A stretch of 64,000 nt of DNA from the human T2T-CHM13v2.0 reference genome, Homo sapiens. Each line of letters opens with the position of its first letter. Within the stretch, counting starts at the first letter, position 1. Made by a program: the position numbers and the translations under genes. Positions 43,521 through 58,830 of the stretch are shown here, one piece after another. A model generated the notes under the pieces. That model saw only the letters and a list, made by a program, of their open reading frames with translations, made no database searches and was not told the DNA's origin. Location of the stretch: NCBI RefSeq assembly GCF_009914755.1, contig NC_060930.1; one strand, 5' to 3'.

Positions 43521-45016
43521 CTAGAGTCTATTATAATACTTTGCTTTTAGTAGACACGGAATGGTGGTAAGGATGCTAATAAAAAGAACATGATTCTCCA
43601 CTTATGAGCTTTGAATGCAACTGGTAACCCAGATTTCAATATTCTTTCCTACATCTGAGACTTTCTTAGTTCTATCTCTCACACTTAACAGAAGGCCAAA
43701 CAAAAAATAGTTGAGGGTGGATACCAAAGAATAGCCAAAGCTCCAACTAAGGACTGTGAATACTGAACTCTGCCCAGGGTCAGGGTGGGGCCCGATGCCT
43801 GCTTGCAGTTGAAAACAGTCCTCTACAATTGGGCTTGAGCAAGCCTCTGAGCTATAACTGTCTTTCCTCCTCGCCTCTTCCTGACCACGCCCACAACAAG
43901 AGAAGCACTGAAGAAAAAGCACCAGTCATAATATTCTATTACATTCCAGAAAGGACAACCTCCCAGGAAGTGGGGAGCCTAGAAAGAAGTAAAACCTAAA
44001 TTGCATCCTCCCAAAGGAGGCGAAGTCCTGAACTTCAGCTATCTTAACCTTTTGTTATGGGTGCAGTGCTGATCTTAATGGAAACTGGAGTGGGCAGGCA
44101 CAGCTTAGGGAGAGAGGGACAGCTGGTGAATCAGCTGTGTTGCATTACAGTCAGCACTATCCCTGTCATGGTTCAGGGATTATACCATATATGGACTCAG
44201 GCTCAGGACAGGCGAGCCCACTGATTTGCTTCAGGACTCCCCTAGAATTGCATCTTGGGATTAGGTCATCATTACTAGAAAAGGGAGACCCCAGAGAGGT
44301 TGTCAGTATGAAGAAATCAGGACCAACTGTGGTCTGGTAAGGCAAAGATGAAAGAAGGAGGGTGCAGCCGAGCTGTGCTTGGGAATGAAGTCCAGAGCCT
44401 GAGAAAGCTGTGGGAGTGATTCTGAGAGTGGTTGCAAAGGGAGTGAGGGTTACAGCAGAGGACCGGCCCCCTTCTGCAGACTCCATCCTGCCTCTCACCC
44501 GCCTGGGGCTGCAGGAGCTGTATCCTGAGGCAGACTCAGTCCAGTTTAATAGGGATCAAGGGGAATAGCTCCCAAATTTTAAACATGAGAGGCAGTTTCT
44601 CTTACTGTGGGTGAGGGTGGCTGTGATGCTGCTGAAGATGCAGAAACCCTACTGGCCAAGTTGGAGACAGTCCAGGCTCTGAGTTATTCTAAGGTCAAGG
44701 TGGGTTCACCCAAGCAGAACACAGCTCATTAACCTCCATCCCCCAACTCTCTGTTCAGGCTGGGTGATACAGCCATGTGGGGCTATGGGCATCTAGGGGG
44801 AAAGAGAGGAGAGAGGGATGGGGGAGTGATCTGGGAAAGCAGCTTTTAAGAGATGGCCAATAAGTTGTATCTAATTTGTAAAGATTAAACTACTTTTTTT
44901 TGGTGTTTGACCAATTTCATTGCTTTAACTTTTTTTTTTGTTTTTAAGGACCAGCTTGAAGTGTTTCAGGACACTTCTCTCTGTGTGTGCCTCTTGATTT
45001 TGTTCAGAAGCCCAGT

Positions 45017-45400
45017 ACTATGGAATACTCTATCGCAGTGATAATTAACTACTCGATATGCAAAACACAGACAAATCTCACAAACATAATGTGGAGCAAA
45101 AGAAGCCAGAAACAGAAGAGTACTGTGAAATCCCATTTATGTCAAGCTCAAAACCAGGCAAGACCAATCTGTGATGTTAGAAGTCAGGATAGTGGTCCCT
45201 TTGTTGGTGGTTGTGGCTGGGAGGGGCTAGAGGGCTCCAGGAGTGCTGGTAATGCACTAATTCTTTGTCTGGGTGCTGTTTACACAATGTGGACATACTG
45301 GGCTGTCCATTTATGATCTGTGCACATTTCTGTACGTATGCTGTATTTCAATCAAAAGTCTCAAAAAAAAAAAAAAAAAAAGAGAGAGAAAGAGAGAAAC
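45017..45400 (+). mobile_element. Old L1M 3' end with A/GA tail
   Basis: AATCTCACAAACATAATG...AAAAGAAGCCAG...GTGATGTTAGAAGTCAGGATAGTGG...TATTTCAATCAAAAG. Confidence 0.75.
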
Positions 45401-45799
45401 CAGAATGTAATCTTGTGAAATAAGTAGTCACAGGAAGTATGAACTATGTGCCAACCAAAATAAGCCTCTGAGGATTGGTGAGGCTGGAGAACAGTATCAT
45501 AGGGCTAAGAGTCAGAGAACCTGATTTCCAGTCCCACTTCTGTTATTCACTGGCAAAAGGATGCTGGAAACTTAGCTCCCCTCAACTCATAACAGCCAGT
45601 GATTAAATGAAGGCCTTCAGGAAAATCTAAAGATGTTCCCCATTCCATGCCTTGCCAGGAAAGGTTAAGGATCCCAGCTGAAGACCAAACACGAAGAAAC
45701 TTGGATGACTAGTAACAATCTCATGTTTGTATAATGCTTCCCACTCCCAAAGCACTTTCATAATCATTATGCCATTTGATTTTTCATAATAAGATCAGG

Positions 45800-46440
45800 A
45801 ACGCAGGCTCTAGGGCCAGACTGGCTGGGTTGGAATCCTAGCTCCATCTGTTGCTAGCTGCTTGACCTTGGGCACATCGTCCCTCTGCCTCAGTTTCCTT
45901 ATCTGCAAAACAGGGACATGAGGGGATTCAATGAATTTAACATGAAAAACATTTACAATGATGCCTACCACAAAGTTATCATTTGATAAATGTTAGTTAA
46001 AACAGGAACAAAAGTCCAGATAGTGTTATCTAGATTTTATAGCTGAAGAAACTGAGGCTCACAGGTTATCACAAGACTAATTCACAGCAGATCCAGAACT
46101 GAAACCCAGGCCTTCTGGGTTACAACACTGACTTGTTAGGTTATCTGGAATAATCTAAATGGACTTGTCTATTTTTATGTGATAATAATAATAACAATAA
46201 TAACAATAACACTACCTTTTACTGAGTACTCACTAAGTGTTTTACATACTATGTCTCATTTAATCCTCATAAGAATCTATGAGGCACGTGTTGTTATCCC
46301 CATTTTAAAAAGGGACAAACTGAGGACTAAACATTGAGAAAGCAAACCTGGATCACCCAGCTAGTGACAGGGAAGGCCAGATTCTGAATGCAGGTCTCTG
46401 CAAACCCAGGACCTGCGTTTTCAACCACTTACATTCCATA
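45800..46440. mobile_element. Cluster of MIR SINE relics
   Basis: MIR core motifs CCTCAGTTTCCTTATCTGCAAAA, GAAACTGAGGCTCA, TCATTTAATCCTCA. Confidence 0.75.
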
Positions 46441-47639
46441 ACCTCTGGATAGAAAAAGACCACCATGGTTACTGCTTTATAAACATTTGGGGGTTTCTGG
46501 GACAAATTGGGTGATTTTTGTAAGTTCCCCAAGGTCAGAAAGAGCCCTTCTTATCCATCTTTCATCCTTCTCCTGTGCATCAGGTACTGGACCTCCATAG
46601 GTGTCCCAGAGGCTCCCATGGAAGGATTTGCAAATCAGGTTCCAAGAGCTTAAAAAGCCAGGCTTAGTAGTGGAGAGGCATCAGATGAACTCTTGATAGC
46701 CCAGGCAAGAACTGGGCACCAGCAGCATTACTTGATGGTGTCAAAGAGGTAGAGGACCAAATGCCAGGATGCAGAGGGAGCCATGGTGCCTGGACACAGA
46801 GACTTTGCCACAGCTATCAAGTTTGCAAAATGAAAACAAAGGGAGAGATTAATGAGACTCCACCTAGAAGCAGCCACTCCTGGACAGGCTGCCCTTCCTA
46901 GATGGCTTCAGATGGCTGCCAGGGAACATCTGCCTGGTTAAGATTTCAAGTGAAGACCTAATCGAAGCAGCCCTTTGGCAGGCTTTGCACTGGCCGGCCT
47001 GACTCTGACATACGCTCCGATGCCCACACATGGTTGTGGCTGGCAGCTCAGACAGACACGACTGTTTTGGCTTCTGTCATTTCTTTTTCTTCCTCCAGGC
47101 GCTCAAGTTCTTGATCCCAGCTCGCCTGATTAGGGGTCGTCATCAGTCCGCGCACCCTGCCTGTACTTCCTGGGGCCCCCTGGTGGATGATCAAAGGATA
47201 AAGGGATAGTTGGAGGCAGGAAAGAGAGAGTTGGGGATGATAGTGCAGTGGACTGTGTGGATCTTTCCCCATAGGCTTCTAAGAAGTCTTTTGTGAATAT
47301 CTCTCTCGTCCCCCACTGGGTGAATGATTTACTATGACTAAAGGGGCCACACACACAACAGCTCTCACCCTGGAATGGACTTTGAGAGGGAAGCAAAAGG
47401 AAGCATTGCCTTCTTTCCTGGACTTCCCTTTGGAGCACCCCACAACTCTCAGGGGATTTAGAAGGTAACACATTTAGAGCTTTCCCAAAAGAATGTGCAG
47501 CTGTGGCTTGAGCAAAAGGTGTTTACTCCCACGGAGGTGGGATTTTTATTGCTAGTTTCAACATCAAGTAGGTGTGAAAGTTATATACAAATCCTGACAA
47601 TCAATACCACCTGAGAAAGGCGAGAAAGAGGGCTGCATG

Positions 47640-47790
47640 GGCCAATGCTTCACAAACTTAAGGTGCACAGCTTGGAAGCATTGAATTGTGGGGGGTGGGG
47701 ATCTTGTAAAGTGAAGATTCTGAATGAGTAGGTGTGGGGTATGGCCCACAGTCTGTGTTTCCAACATGCTTCTGCCACAGGAAGACTGCT
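47640..47790. mobile_element. MER5-like hAT-Charlie relic
   Basis: GGGGATCTTGTAAAGTGAAGATTCTGAATGAGTAGGTGTGGGGTATGGCCC resembles the MER5 core. Confidence 0.55.
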
Positions 47791-47915
47791 CTGGACTAAG
47801 AAATAGTCCTGTGCATTTCTTAGCACCAACGCTCACCTCCCCCCACCAAAAACATGAAATAAAACAAAACAGGGACATTGCATTTCCTGGAAGTGTCTTA
47901 CATGACACCAATTAA

Positions 47916-48597
<682 letters not shown>

Positions 48598-49530
48598 AAA
48601 ACTTATTCTAAAAGGTTTGACTGATGTACATAAAAATCACTGGAAAACATAGTTATAGGTAAATTTTATTATTTCTTTGTGTTTTTCTACATTTCCCAAA
48701 CTTTCTACAAATGAACCTATATTGTTTTTATTTTTCTCGAAGGCTAAGTTTGAAACATCTTGTGTTGTTTCAAGACCTTTCTTTTCCCCCGGTGCTAGCT
48801 AGACCAGAATGGATTGTTTAACATCTCAGGGCAGATGTCTGAACCTTTGCAGGTGTTGGGAGACTCAGAATCTTCTGGTGTTGAGGAGACCAAGCTTGGT
48901 CAGGTCGGGACCATGTTGAATCACTGTTTAACACTGAAGGAAGGCCAGGGAAGGCCTGTGAGGGACACGCAGTCTCTGCCTCCTGAGGTCATGCTGATCG
49001 CTTGCTGGCCCAAGTCTAATTTATTTTAGTTTCTATGTCTGTGAACAAGGCCAATGTGCATGAATGATGGTCTGGCATCTCGATCCATGTTTACAAATCA
49101 ATGAGCAGACCACCTAAATCAGTGAACTGTGCATTTTATAGATGAGAAAAGGCAAGTTGGGGGAAAGAGACTGGAGAGGGTGGTGGTAATTATAGAAATG
49201 AGACTTTCATAACTCAAGTTTCCATCCCATGGCGTTTTCTTTAAATAAGGGATTCCCAATCTTCAGAAGCACTAGTGCAGTATAACTTTGGATAAACACA
49301 GTTCTGTCTTATCAGCACATTGTTTTGTATTCAATAGGTACTCAATGTTTAATATGTTATAAAATATAATTTTTGAATACATTTTTTTTCTGTGATGGTC
49401 GGAGCACACAGCACAGAGCAATTTTAGGAAATTGCCATGCTTTCCAATAGTAGCTATAAGCTTTGTGTATCCAGTCACCCAGGACCTATTTGTTAGATAG
49501 GATAAAAGAACATTGAAGTGACAAGATTTG

Positions 49531-50652
49531 ACAGAAAATCTAGGCAATACCATTCAGGACATAGGCATGGGCAAAGACTTCATGACTAAAACACCAAAAG
49601 CAATTGCAACAAAAGCAAAAATTGACAAATGGGATCTAATTAAACTAAAGAGCTTCTGCTCAGCAAAAGAAACTATCAGAGTAAACAGGGAACCTACAAA
49701 ATAGGAGAAAATATTTGCAATCTGACCAAGGTCTAGTACCCAGAATCTACAAGGAACTTAAACAAATTTACAGGAAAAAAACAAGCAAGCCCATCAAAAA
49801 GTGGGCGAAGGATATGAACAGATACTTTTCAAAGGAAGAAATTTATGCAGCCAACAAATATATAAAGAAAAACTCATCATCACTGGTCATTAGAGAAATG
49901 CAAATCAAAACAACAATGAGATATCATCTCGTGCCAGATAGAATGGCGATCATTAAAAAGTCTGGAAACAATAGATGCTGGTGAGGCTGTGGAGAAATAG
50001 GAACACTTTTACACTGTTGGTGGGAGTGTAAATTAGTTCACCCATTGTGGAAGACAGCGTGGCAATTCCTCAAGGATCTAGGACCAGAAATACCATTTGA
50101 CCCAGCAATCTCATTACTGGGTATATACCCAAAGGATTAAAAATCATTCTACTATAAAGACACATGCACACGTAATGTTTATTGCAGCACTATTTACAAT
50201 AGCAAAGACTTGGAACCAACCCAAATGCCCATCAATGATAGACTGGATAAAGAAAATGTGGCACATACACACCATGGAATACTATGCAGCCGTAAGAAAG
50301 AATGAGTTCATGTCCTTTGCAGGGACATGGATGAAGCTGGAAACCGTCATCCTCAGCAAACTAACACAGGAACGGAAAACCAAACACCACGTGTTCTCAC
50401 TCATAAGTGAGAGCTGAACAATGAGAACACATGGACACAGGGAGGGGAACATCACACACCGGGGTCTGTTGGGGAGCGGTGGACAAGGGGAGAGAGAGCA
50501 TTAGGACAAATACCTAATGCATGCTGGGCTTAAAACCTGGATTATGGGTTGATAGGTGCAGCAAACCACCACGGCACATGTATACCTAGGTGACAAAGCT
50601 GCACGTTCAGCACATGTATCCCAGAACTTAAAGTAAAATTAAAAAAAAAAAA
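49531..50652 (+). mobile_element. 5'-truncated L1PA (PA7/8-like), ORF2 C-terminus plus 3' UTR
   Basis: ORF2 remnants ([19 protein letters not shown]; MFIAALFTIAKTWNQPKCP), L1 3' UTR, poly(A) and a long TSD. Confidence 0.96.
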
Positions 50653-52579
50653 AAAAGAACATTGAAGTGACAAGATTTGGGAGGACTGAAACAAAACAGA
50701 CTACAAGGAACAGGAGAAAAGGGACAATTGTAAGAGTGGTAATATTCTTTTATATTTATGCACGTAAGATGGCTGTACTGGTTTCAAGCATCTGACTTTT
50801 AATATTTGAAGAAATAAAATTCTTGCTTAGGTCCTTCCACCCGCTGTTCAAGATTGAAGATTGACCTTCTGTTACCATCTTAGCTGATCTGTCTGCTGCT
50901 GCCTTTTTGCTTGTCCTACTCAGTTTTAAGTAATTTTCATCCTTCATGCTCTGGGCTGCAAAAATAAATATAAGCAACATTTGCTGTCTTCATCTCCAGT
51001 CTTCATTCTTCTAGGTCCTTTATTCCCTCAACCATGACCTTTCCCACCGGTGTTCAATATTTCCGTGGCTTCCTCTTAGAAAAAAGGAGAAATTCCTTTA
51101 TACAGAGGTACAAACAACTGATAACGGTTTAGAGTAGCATAAATAAGTTCTATTTCAGGCCAAACTGGCAGACAAAATTCTTCTCCTAAGGATCTCCTTG
51201 CCTGGTTTTGATCCTTTGTTTACGGTGTTAGGATGTCTCTTGGTCTAGGAGTACCTCCCTAAGGCTCTCTATCCGCTAGGGAAAGGCTCCCTATTTGCAA
51301 CCTTGCCCTAACCACCACACCTCTCCCACTCTCACCATCCCAACAAAACCTTCCAAACTTGTCCCAGCTTTCAGTGTCTTCATCATAAATGTACCAATAA
51401 GTCCCCTTAATAGTGAGATCAGGGGTAAGTGCATTTTTGAGAAAAGAGAACTTTAAATCATCAAATGTAAGTGGACCTGCTCTTTTGTCCAGGGGTCAGA
51501 TAAAGGTTGATGGCAGATGAGTTGGGCTGTGGCCTAGTGCTTTTCTTCCCTCCATTCCAAAGCACCTTCCTCAGGCCTTGTAGGTGTCAGTGACTTACTG
51601 GTAGCCTGGGAGGCTCAAAATGCCCCAAAAGTAAATCAGATAAGATGAAATCACAAGGTGGTGTTTGCTGAGGTGGATTGTCGCCATTTAGGCAGGTTTC
51701 CATTGGCTGTTTCTGATCTGAGGTCCCTGGCTGAGTAGACTGAGACTTGACCAATTCAATTTCCCTTGTAGCAGATGTAGCACATGTCCAAAGCCTCAGT
51801 CATCATGAAGTACATTTCCTGAGCACTTGGCTAACGGAAGGGGGCTCTGCATCATATGGAAGAACCAGAAGACCAGATGTGGGGCTTGGACACCCATGTC
51901 TCTTGGCAAGAACCAGCCCTGAGTTCCCCATAAACCTGCCATGCCTCACCACTGTCCTACAGTGGAGCTCTGTGATTGATCATGGAAAGCAGTCTGCCAT
52001 AGAGAAAAACAGCTGGGAAGACTCCAGGACATCCTGACTTCTGGGGAGTTCTAGGATCAGTGGCTAATAAAAACAGTGCTTCATTCATTTGCTGTTAGGG
52101 GAGCATGAGCTGGAGTTCTCAGACCCAGGTCAAGCCCGCATAAACTTGAGAAGGGAGCCCTCTGTACTTAGGGGAAGAGTCTGGCATCTTTGATTTGCTA
52201 GGCTGCAGGGGTATCTGGGTCAGCATGTCAAGACCCTAGTTTAGAGTATGGGTTGGACACCTTGTCAGGAGCTTGAGCTAGGGTGGGTCACATACTCCCT
52301 GGAACTCTCCAGGGGACCTTTTTAACCAACAGTCATCCAGCTCTGACTCATTCTTAGTCCACTTAAGACTGCTGACAGGAAGGGGCCTCTCAACTTAACT
52401 GAGGATGTTAGATTGGGGCAATTGGAGAAATATGTTCCAGGATGTGTATGTTTGGGGGACAGGATGTACCACTTATTTTCTGATCTGAGAACAGATGTGA
52501 TTCGATTAAAAAAGACTCCAGGAAGGGTAAGTTACATGCAAACACAAATGTTACCAGTTTACCTATCTTGAGAGGCTTT

Positions 52580-52820
52580 ATAACATAGTGTTAAATCCAC
52601 AGACTTTAGCATCAGACAGATCTGGGTTCAGATTCCAGCTGTACTTGCTGTGTGGACTGCGACAAGTTACTTAACTTCTCTGGACCTCAGTTTCCTTATC
52701 TAAAACATAGAGATGATGATAATAATAGTCCCTTCTAAATAAAATTATTGTGAGGATTAAATGAGTGAATCTAATCAAAGTGGTTAGAGCAGTGCATTAT
52801 TTCATAAGCACTCAATAAGT
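52580..52820 (+). mobile_element. MIR
   Basis: CTGGGTTCAGATTCCAGCT...AAGTTACTTAACTTCTCTGGACCTCAGTTTCCTTATCTAAAA...TTGTGAGGATTAAATGAG. Confidence 0.8.
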
Positions 52821-52869
52821 GTCATGTATAATGTTGGGTATGTGAAAGCCCATCATTTTTTAAAAATAA

Positions 52870-53135
52870 AAGTCAGGTTTATGGAGGTCCCTTTTATGTA
52901 CAATAAAATCCATTGCTTTTAGTGTACGGCCCTGTGAATTTTAACAAACACAATCGTGTGACCACCACCACAGTCAAGACGCAGAATAGTTCTATCGTCT
53001 CAAAAAGCTCCTTGGTGCCACTTTGTCATCAAACCCTCTACCCATCCTTAGCCCTGGGTAACCACAGACCTGTTTTCTGTCCCTGTAGTTCTGTCTTTTC
53101 CAGAATATCATATAAATGGAACCATACAGTACCTA
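52870..53135 (-). mobile_element. Old L1M 3' fragment
   Basis: TTTAGTGTAC...ACCACCACCACAGTCAAGA...TTTTCCAGAATATCATATAAATGGAACCATACAG. Confidence 0.72.
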
Positions 53136-54551
53136 GCAGAAAGCTCATCATGTTTAAAGGCTGGCCTATATTTGGTATCCAATAAATTTCTAAATGCATT
53201 TAGAGAATCAAGTCAGAATTTTTACTCCAGATCAGATTATATATTTTTTGTTGGCGTATTGAAGAGGTATAGTATTTTTGGAATGGTTCCTGATTTCATT
53301 TCTTTATTGGTGTGTCTTCCCCATATGCTGTGGCTACCTGTCAGCCATTGAGTCTCAACCTTGAGGCTAAATAGTTGGTAAGGAGGAGGATAGGGCATCA
53401 TGAAAATCTCAGATATTCAAAAAGTGGGGAAAAAAAGAAACTTTCCCCTTCTTACCTGAATGGACAGAGGGAAAGGAACTAGAGTCACGTGAGGAAGTGA
53501 ATTATATGGTTCCCCATCTCTTCATTTTGGGAGAAACCTGGAGAGCTATGGAGAAGAATGCCAAAAGCAGGGGCATTTTTTTAATTTGTTTGTTTTTCCA
53601 ATTCATAGCTTGCACTCTTAGAGGATATTGCCTTGTAGCCTGCCTTGCATCAGACCTAGGAGATGGCCATTTCAAAGTCAATTTGGTGGCACAGTGACTA
53701 TCTCAGCTCCCATATGGTATGGAGGAGGCTCAGAAGTGCCTTCATGAAGTGGGAGGAGAGAAAGTAGCTGTTGAGAGTGGCCCACTGTGACAAGCGGAGA
53801 TGCCTCTGCAAACATGGGCTAACCACCTAGACAAGGCACTAGACCGAGATGGCAGTTGAGAGGGACTTCACATGAAATCCTGTCAAGAGGCCAGGAAGAC
53901 CCAAGCAGCCAGGATCACCCCCAAACTCTGGCTGAGAGACCAGATGTTGGAGCAAACCTACAACTGACTTAGCTGCAAGGGTCAGCAGGGAGGGCAGTGC
54001 CCAGACTAGCTGCTGGGGATCAGTGGGCAGGGGCAGGGGAGGGTAGGAGGGATGAGTAGAGCATCCTCGGACACTTCTTGGATTCCAGAAGCTCTTTAGT
54101 CTTATGACGATTCAGTTAACACACCCCTCTCCCCCTATCCCATTTTATGGAAGCAGAGGAGAAGGTGATAAGATTGGGAAGATTGAGCGTCTTACCTCAA
54201 GTACTGGTTTCATTATTGCAGCAGACTAAGATGATTCAGTGGGCCAGGGCTCATGAGAAAGTCAGGCCAATTAGAGATTTAAAAAAAAAAGGAGCTATGT
54301 TTTCTCAGCCCTCCTGAGCATAACGTGTGTAAATCAACAGCCCCACTATAGTCTCATTACAACTTCACAGCTGCTTTACCTTAATTTCTGGGCTATTACG
54401 TCTTGACAGTGCCCTCTAATAGTGTAGCTTTAAGAATTTTGGTCTAGCAACTTCTGCGAGAGCTGGACATTTTAAGAAGTAGTGCAATGCATATATACCT
54501 CTTCAAATAATGATTTAGAAAAGTTTTGTAACTAAAGTAGGTGTTCCATAA

Positions 54552-55088
<537 letters not shown>

Positions 55089-56214
55089 TAGACTGTTAGA
55101 TGTGTTTATGCATTTCCATAGGCAAACATGAGCTTTTAATAATGAGCAATCAGAATGAAATTTTACTGCCAGGAAAAGATTAAGAAAATGATTATAAATA
55201 GCAGGAAGAACAAATGCTCTTTATTTGGGAACAAATAAACTTTAAATGTTAGGATGGGTTACAATGTCAAGGTGATAAAATAATTAGTAGTTCATATTGA
55301 AACAAACTTAACACAAGAGAAACTCCATCAGCAATTATATTTCCCATGTGTAACTGGCCAGGAAAAATATGAGACCTAAGAAAGCAGAAAAGAAACTTCT
55401 TTGTACACATCCATTAAAATGGAATGTTGGAACATGAATGCACCCTTTAGTATATCATTATTTTTATGCACCCTTTTATCACTCTGAAGCAAGAAAATCA
55501 ATCTAGGGAAAATGCGAGAGAGAGTTGGCATTTTGAAATGCGCTGAGAAATTCTAAATTATGAGAGGTACTGACAAAGCTGGTATTTATAGCTCTATCAA
55601 GGATTTTTATAATATTTACATCTATCTGGGCTATAAACACAGTCAGAGCTCACAATCCTATTTCAATTTATTAATGCTGTTTCCATCCTCAAAGTCACTA
55701 GATTAAAGTATCATGACACTCTTCTTGCAGCCAAATCCATGCAAGACAGAGTCACACTGAGAGGTTAGCTTGGATCAAGATTTAAAATACAGACCATTTA
55801 AAATAAAGGTCACCCAAGCCAGACTATGCACTTTGACAAGTTATAAATTGGATCTAAATTGGCATCATCAAGGACATACATTTTTTAACTAATCAGCTTA
55901 ATTTAAGATTCAAGAGATATAGCTTTCATATTCATCTGCAAGCATAAATTCTTACAGCAAAGTCAGACATTGCCCAGGCATGTAAAATGTCCATGGAGCT
56001 GAGGGATTTCTGATTCCTAAAACTGTGGCAGAGTTTTCTCTAAAACCCCACCTTCTTCAGATTCTGTAGCTGGAGGAAACATATTCAAACAGGAAGAATT
56101 AACAATTGGCTTCCTCTTAGCACCTCTGTTCATTTCCCCCAGGTCTTAATTTCCCCTTCCTTTGGTGAGGTCTTCCATTTCATTCATTCATTTATTGATA
56201 CATGCATTTGTATA

Positions 56215-58830
56215 TTGCATTATTTATCTGTTGTGATATAACAAATTACCCCCAAGATTTAGGGGCTTAAAACTGCACATATGTATTTGTTTTCAAATGT
56301 TTCTATTATTTATTTATTTTTAAAATTTAATTTAATTTTAAGTTCCAGGACACATGTGCAGGATGTGCAGGTTTGTTACATAGGTAAATGTGTGCCATAG
56401 TGGTTTGCTGCACCTATCAACCCATCATGTAGTTATTAAGCGCCACATGCATTAGCTAGTCATCCTTATGCTCTCCCTTCCTCCGCCCCCGACAGCAGGC
56501 CCCGTTATGTGTTGTTCCCCTCCAAGTGTCCATGTGTTCTCACTGTTCAGCTCCCACTTACAATGTGGTGTTTACTTTTCTATTCCTGCTAGTTTACTGA
56601 GTATAATGGCTTCCAGGTCCATCCACATCCCTGCAAAGAACATGATCTCATTCATTTTTATGGCTGCATAGTATTCCATGGTACATATGTACCACATTTT
56701 CTTTATCCAGTCTATCATTGATAGGCCTTTGGGTTGATTCCATGTCTTTGTTATTTAGAATAGTGCTGTAATGAGTATACACATGCATGTATCTTTATAA
56801 TAGGATGACTTATATTTCTTTGGGTATATTCTCAGTAATGGGATTGCTGAGTTGAATGATATTTCTGTCCCTAGGTCTTTGAAGAATCCCCACACTGTCT
56901 TCCATGATGGTTGAACTAATTTATAGTCCTACCAACAGTGTAAAAGCATTCCTTTTTCTTCCCAATCTTGCCAGCATCTGTTACTTTTTGACTTTTTAAT
57001 AATCACCATCCTGACTGGTGTGAGACAGTATCTCATCGTGGTTTTGAAGTGATGCCGAGCTTTTTTTCTTACATTAGTTGGCCACATAAATGTTTTCTTT
57101 TGAGAAATGTCTGTTCATATCCTTTGCCCACTTTTTGATGGGGTTGTTTGTTTTTCTCCGGTAAATTTGTTTAAGTTCCTTGTAGATTCTGGATATTAGA
57201 CCTTTGTCAGATGAATAGATTGCAAAAATTTTCTCCCATTCTGTAGGATGTCTGTTCACTCTGATGATAGTTTCTTTGGCTGAGCAGAAGCTCTTCAGTT
57301 TAATTAGATCCTGTTTGTCAATTTTTGCTTTTGTTGCAATTGCTTTTGATGTTTTCATCATGAAATCGTTGCCTGTGCCTAGGTCTTGAATGATATTGCC
57401 TAGATTTTCTTCTAGAGTTTTTATAGTTTTGGGTTTTACATTTAAGTCTTTAATCCATCTTGAGTTAATTTTTGTATAAAGTATCAGGAAGGGGTCCAGT
57501 TTCAATTTTATGCATACGGCTAGCCAGTTTTCCCAGCACCACTTATTAAATAGGGAATCCTTTCCCCATTGCTTGATTTTGTCAGGTTTGATGGATGTAG
57601 ATGTGTGGTCTTACTTCTGAGTTCTCTATTCTGTTCCATTGGTCTATGTGTCTGTTTTTGTACCAGTACCATGCTGTTTTGGTTTCTATAGCCTTGTAAT
57701 ATAGTTTGAACACTGGTAGCATGATGCTTCCAGCTTTGTTCTTTTTACTTAGGATTTTCTTGGCTATACGGGCTCTTTTTTAGTTCCATATGAATTTTAA
57801 AGTAGTTTTTTCTAATTCTGTGAAGAATGTCAATGGTAGTTAAATGGGAATAGCATCGAATCTATAAATTACTTTGTGCAGTATGGCCATTTTCATATTG
57901 ATTCTTCCTATCTATGAACATGGACTCTTTTTCCATTTGTTTGTGTCCTCTCTGATTTCCTTGAGCAGTTGTTTGTAGTTCCTCTTGAAGAGGTCCTTCA
58001 CTTCTCTTGTTAGCTGTATTTTTCGGTATTTTACTCTCTTTGTAGCAACTGTGAATGGAAGTTAATTCATGATTTGGCTCTCTGTTGCCCATTGTTGGTA
58101 TATAAGAATGTTTGTGATTTTTGCACATTGATTTTGTATCCTGAGATTTTGCTGAAGTTGTTTATCAGCTTAAAAAGCTTTTGGGCTGAGACGATGGGGT
58201 TTTCTAGATATAGGATCATGTCATCTGCAAACAGAGACAGTTTGACTTCTTGTCTTCCTATTCGAATACGCCTTATTTCTTTCTCTTTCCTGCTTGCCCC
58301 GGTCAGAACTTCTAATACTATGTTGAAAAGGAGTGGTGAGAGAGGGCATCCTTGTCCTGACTGCACATATTTATTGTCTCTCAGTTTCTGAGGGTCAGGA
58401 ATCTGGGCGCAGCTTAGTTGAGTCCTCTGCTTTGGGGTCTCTTACAAGGCGGTAATCAAGATGTTGGGATCTCATCAGAAGGCTTACTGGGAAAGGATCT
58501 GCTCCCAAGCTCATGTGGTTGTTGGCAGAATTCAGTTCCTTACAGGTGGTTGGACTGAGAGCTTCAGCTTCTCCCGAGGGCACCCCCATTTCCTTGCCGA
58601 GTAAGCTTTCCCAACACAGCAGCTTGACTCTTGAAGCATGTAAGCCAAGAAGGTAACTAGCAGGATGGAAGTTACAATCTTTTGCAACCCAATAATGCAA
58701 CTGGCATACCCTCAACATCATCATATTCTAAAATTTAGAAGCAAGTTACTTAAGGTAAGAAGATTACACAAGGCTGTGCAGACTAGAGAATGGGGATCAC
58801 TGGGAGTCATCCTAGAGGTTGCCAGCCACA
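56215..58830 (-). mobile_element. MLT1 LTR split by an L1 insertion
   Basis: ACAAATTACCCCCAAGATTTAGGGGCTTAAAAC...[L1]...TTTATTGTCTCTCAGTTTCTGAGGGTCAGGAATCTGGG reads as continuous MLT1 sequence once the L1 is removed. Confidence 0.78.
56283..58359 (-). mobile_element. 5'-truncated L1PA (about PA8-PA11), ORF2 RT/C-terminal remnants
   Basis: ORF2 remnants [17 protein letters not shown]...[14 protein letters not shown] and [20 protein letters not shown]; TSD ACTGCACATAT (56272-56282 and 58360-58370). Confidence 0.95.

Noticed and set aside
50750-51080. Purine-rich minus-strand stretch resembling a decayed coding sequence or processed pseudogene
   Set aside because: I could not recognise a parent protein, poly(A) tail or TSD; the frames I read contain stops. 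TBLASTX/Dfam would be needed.
57074-58366. Reverse-transcriptase-like ORFs (also 49715-50417)
   Set aside because: Fragmented ORF2 of 5'-truncated, inactive L1 copies; not a novel RT system.
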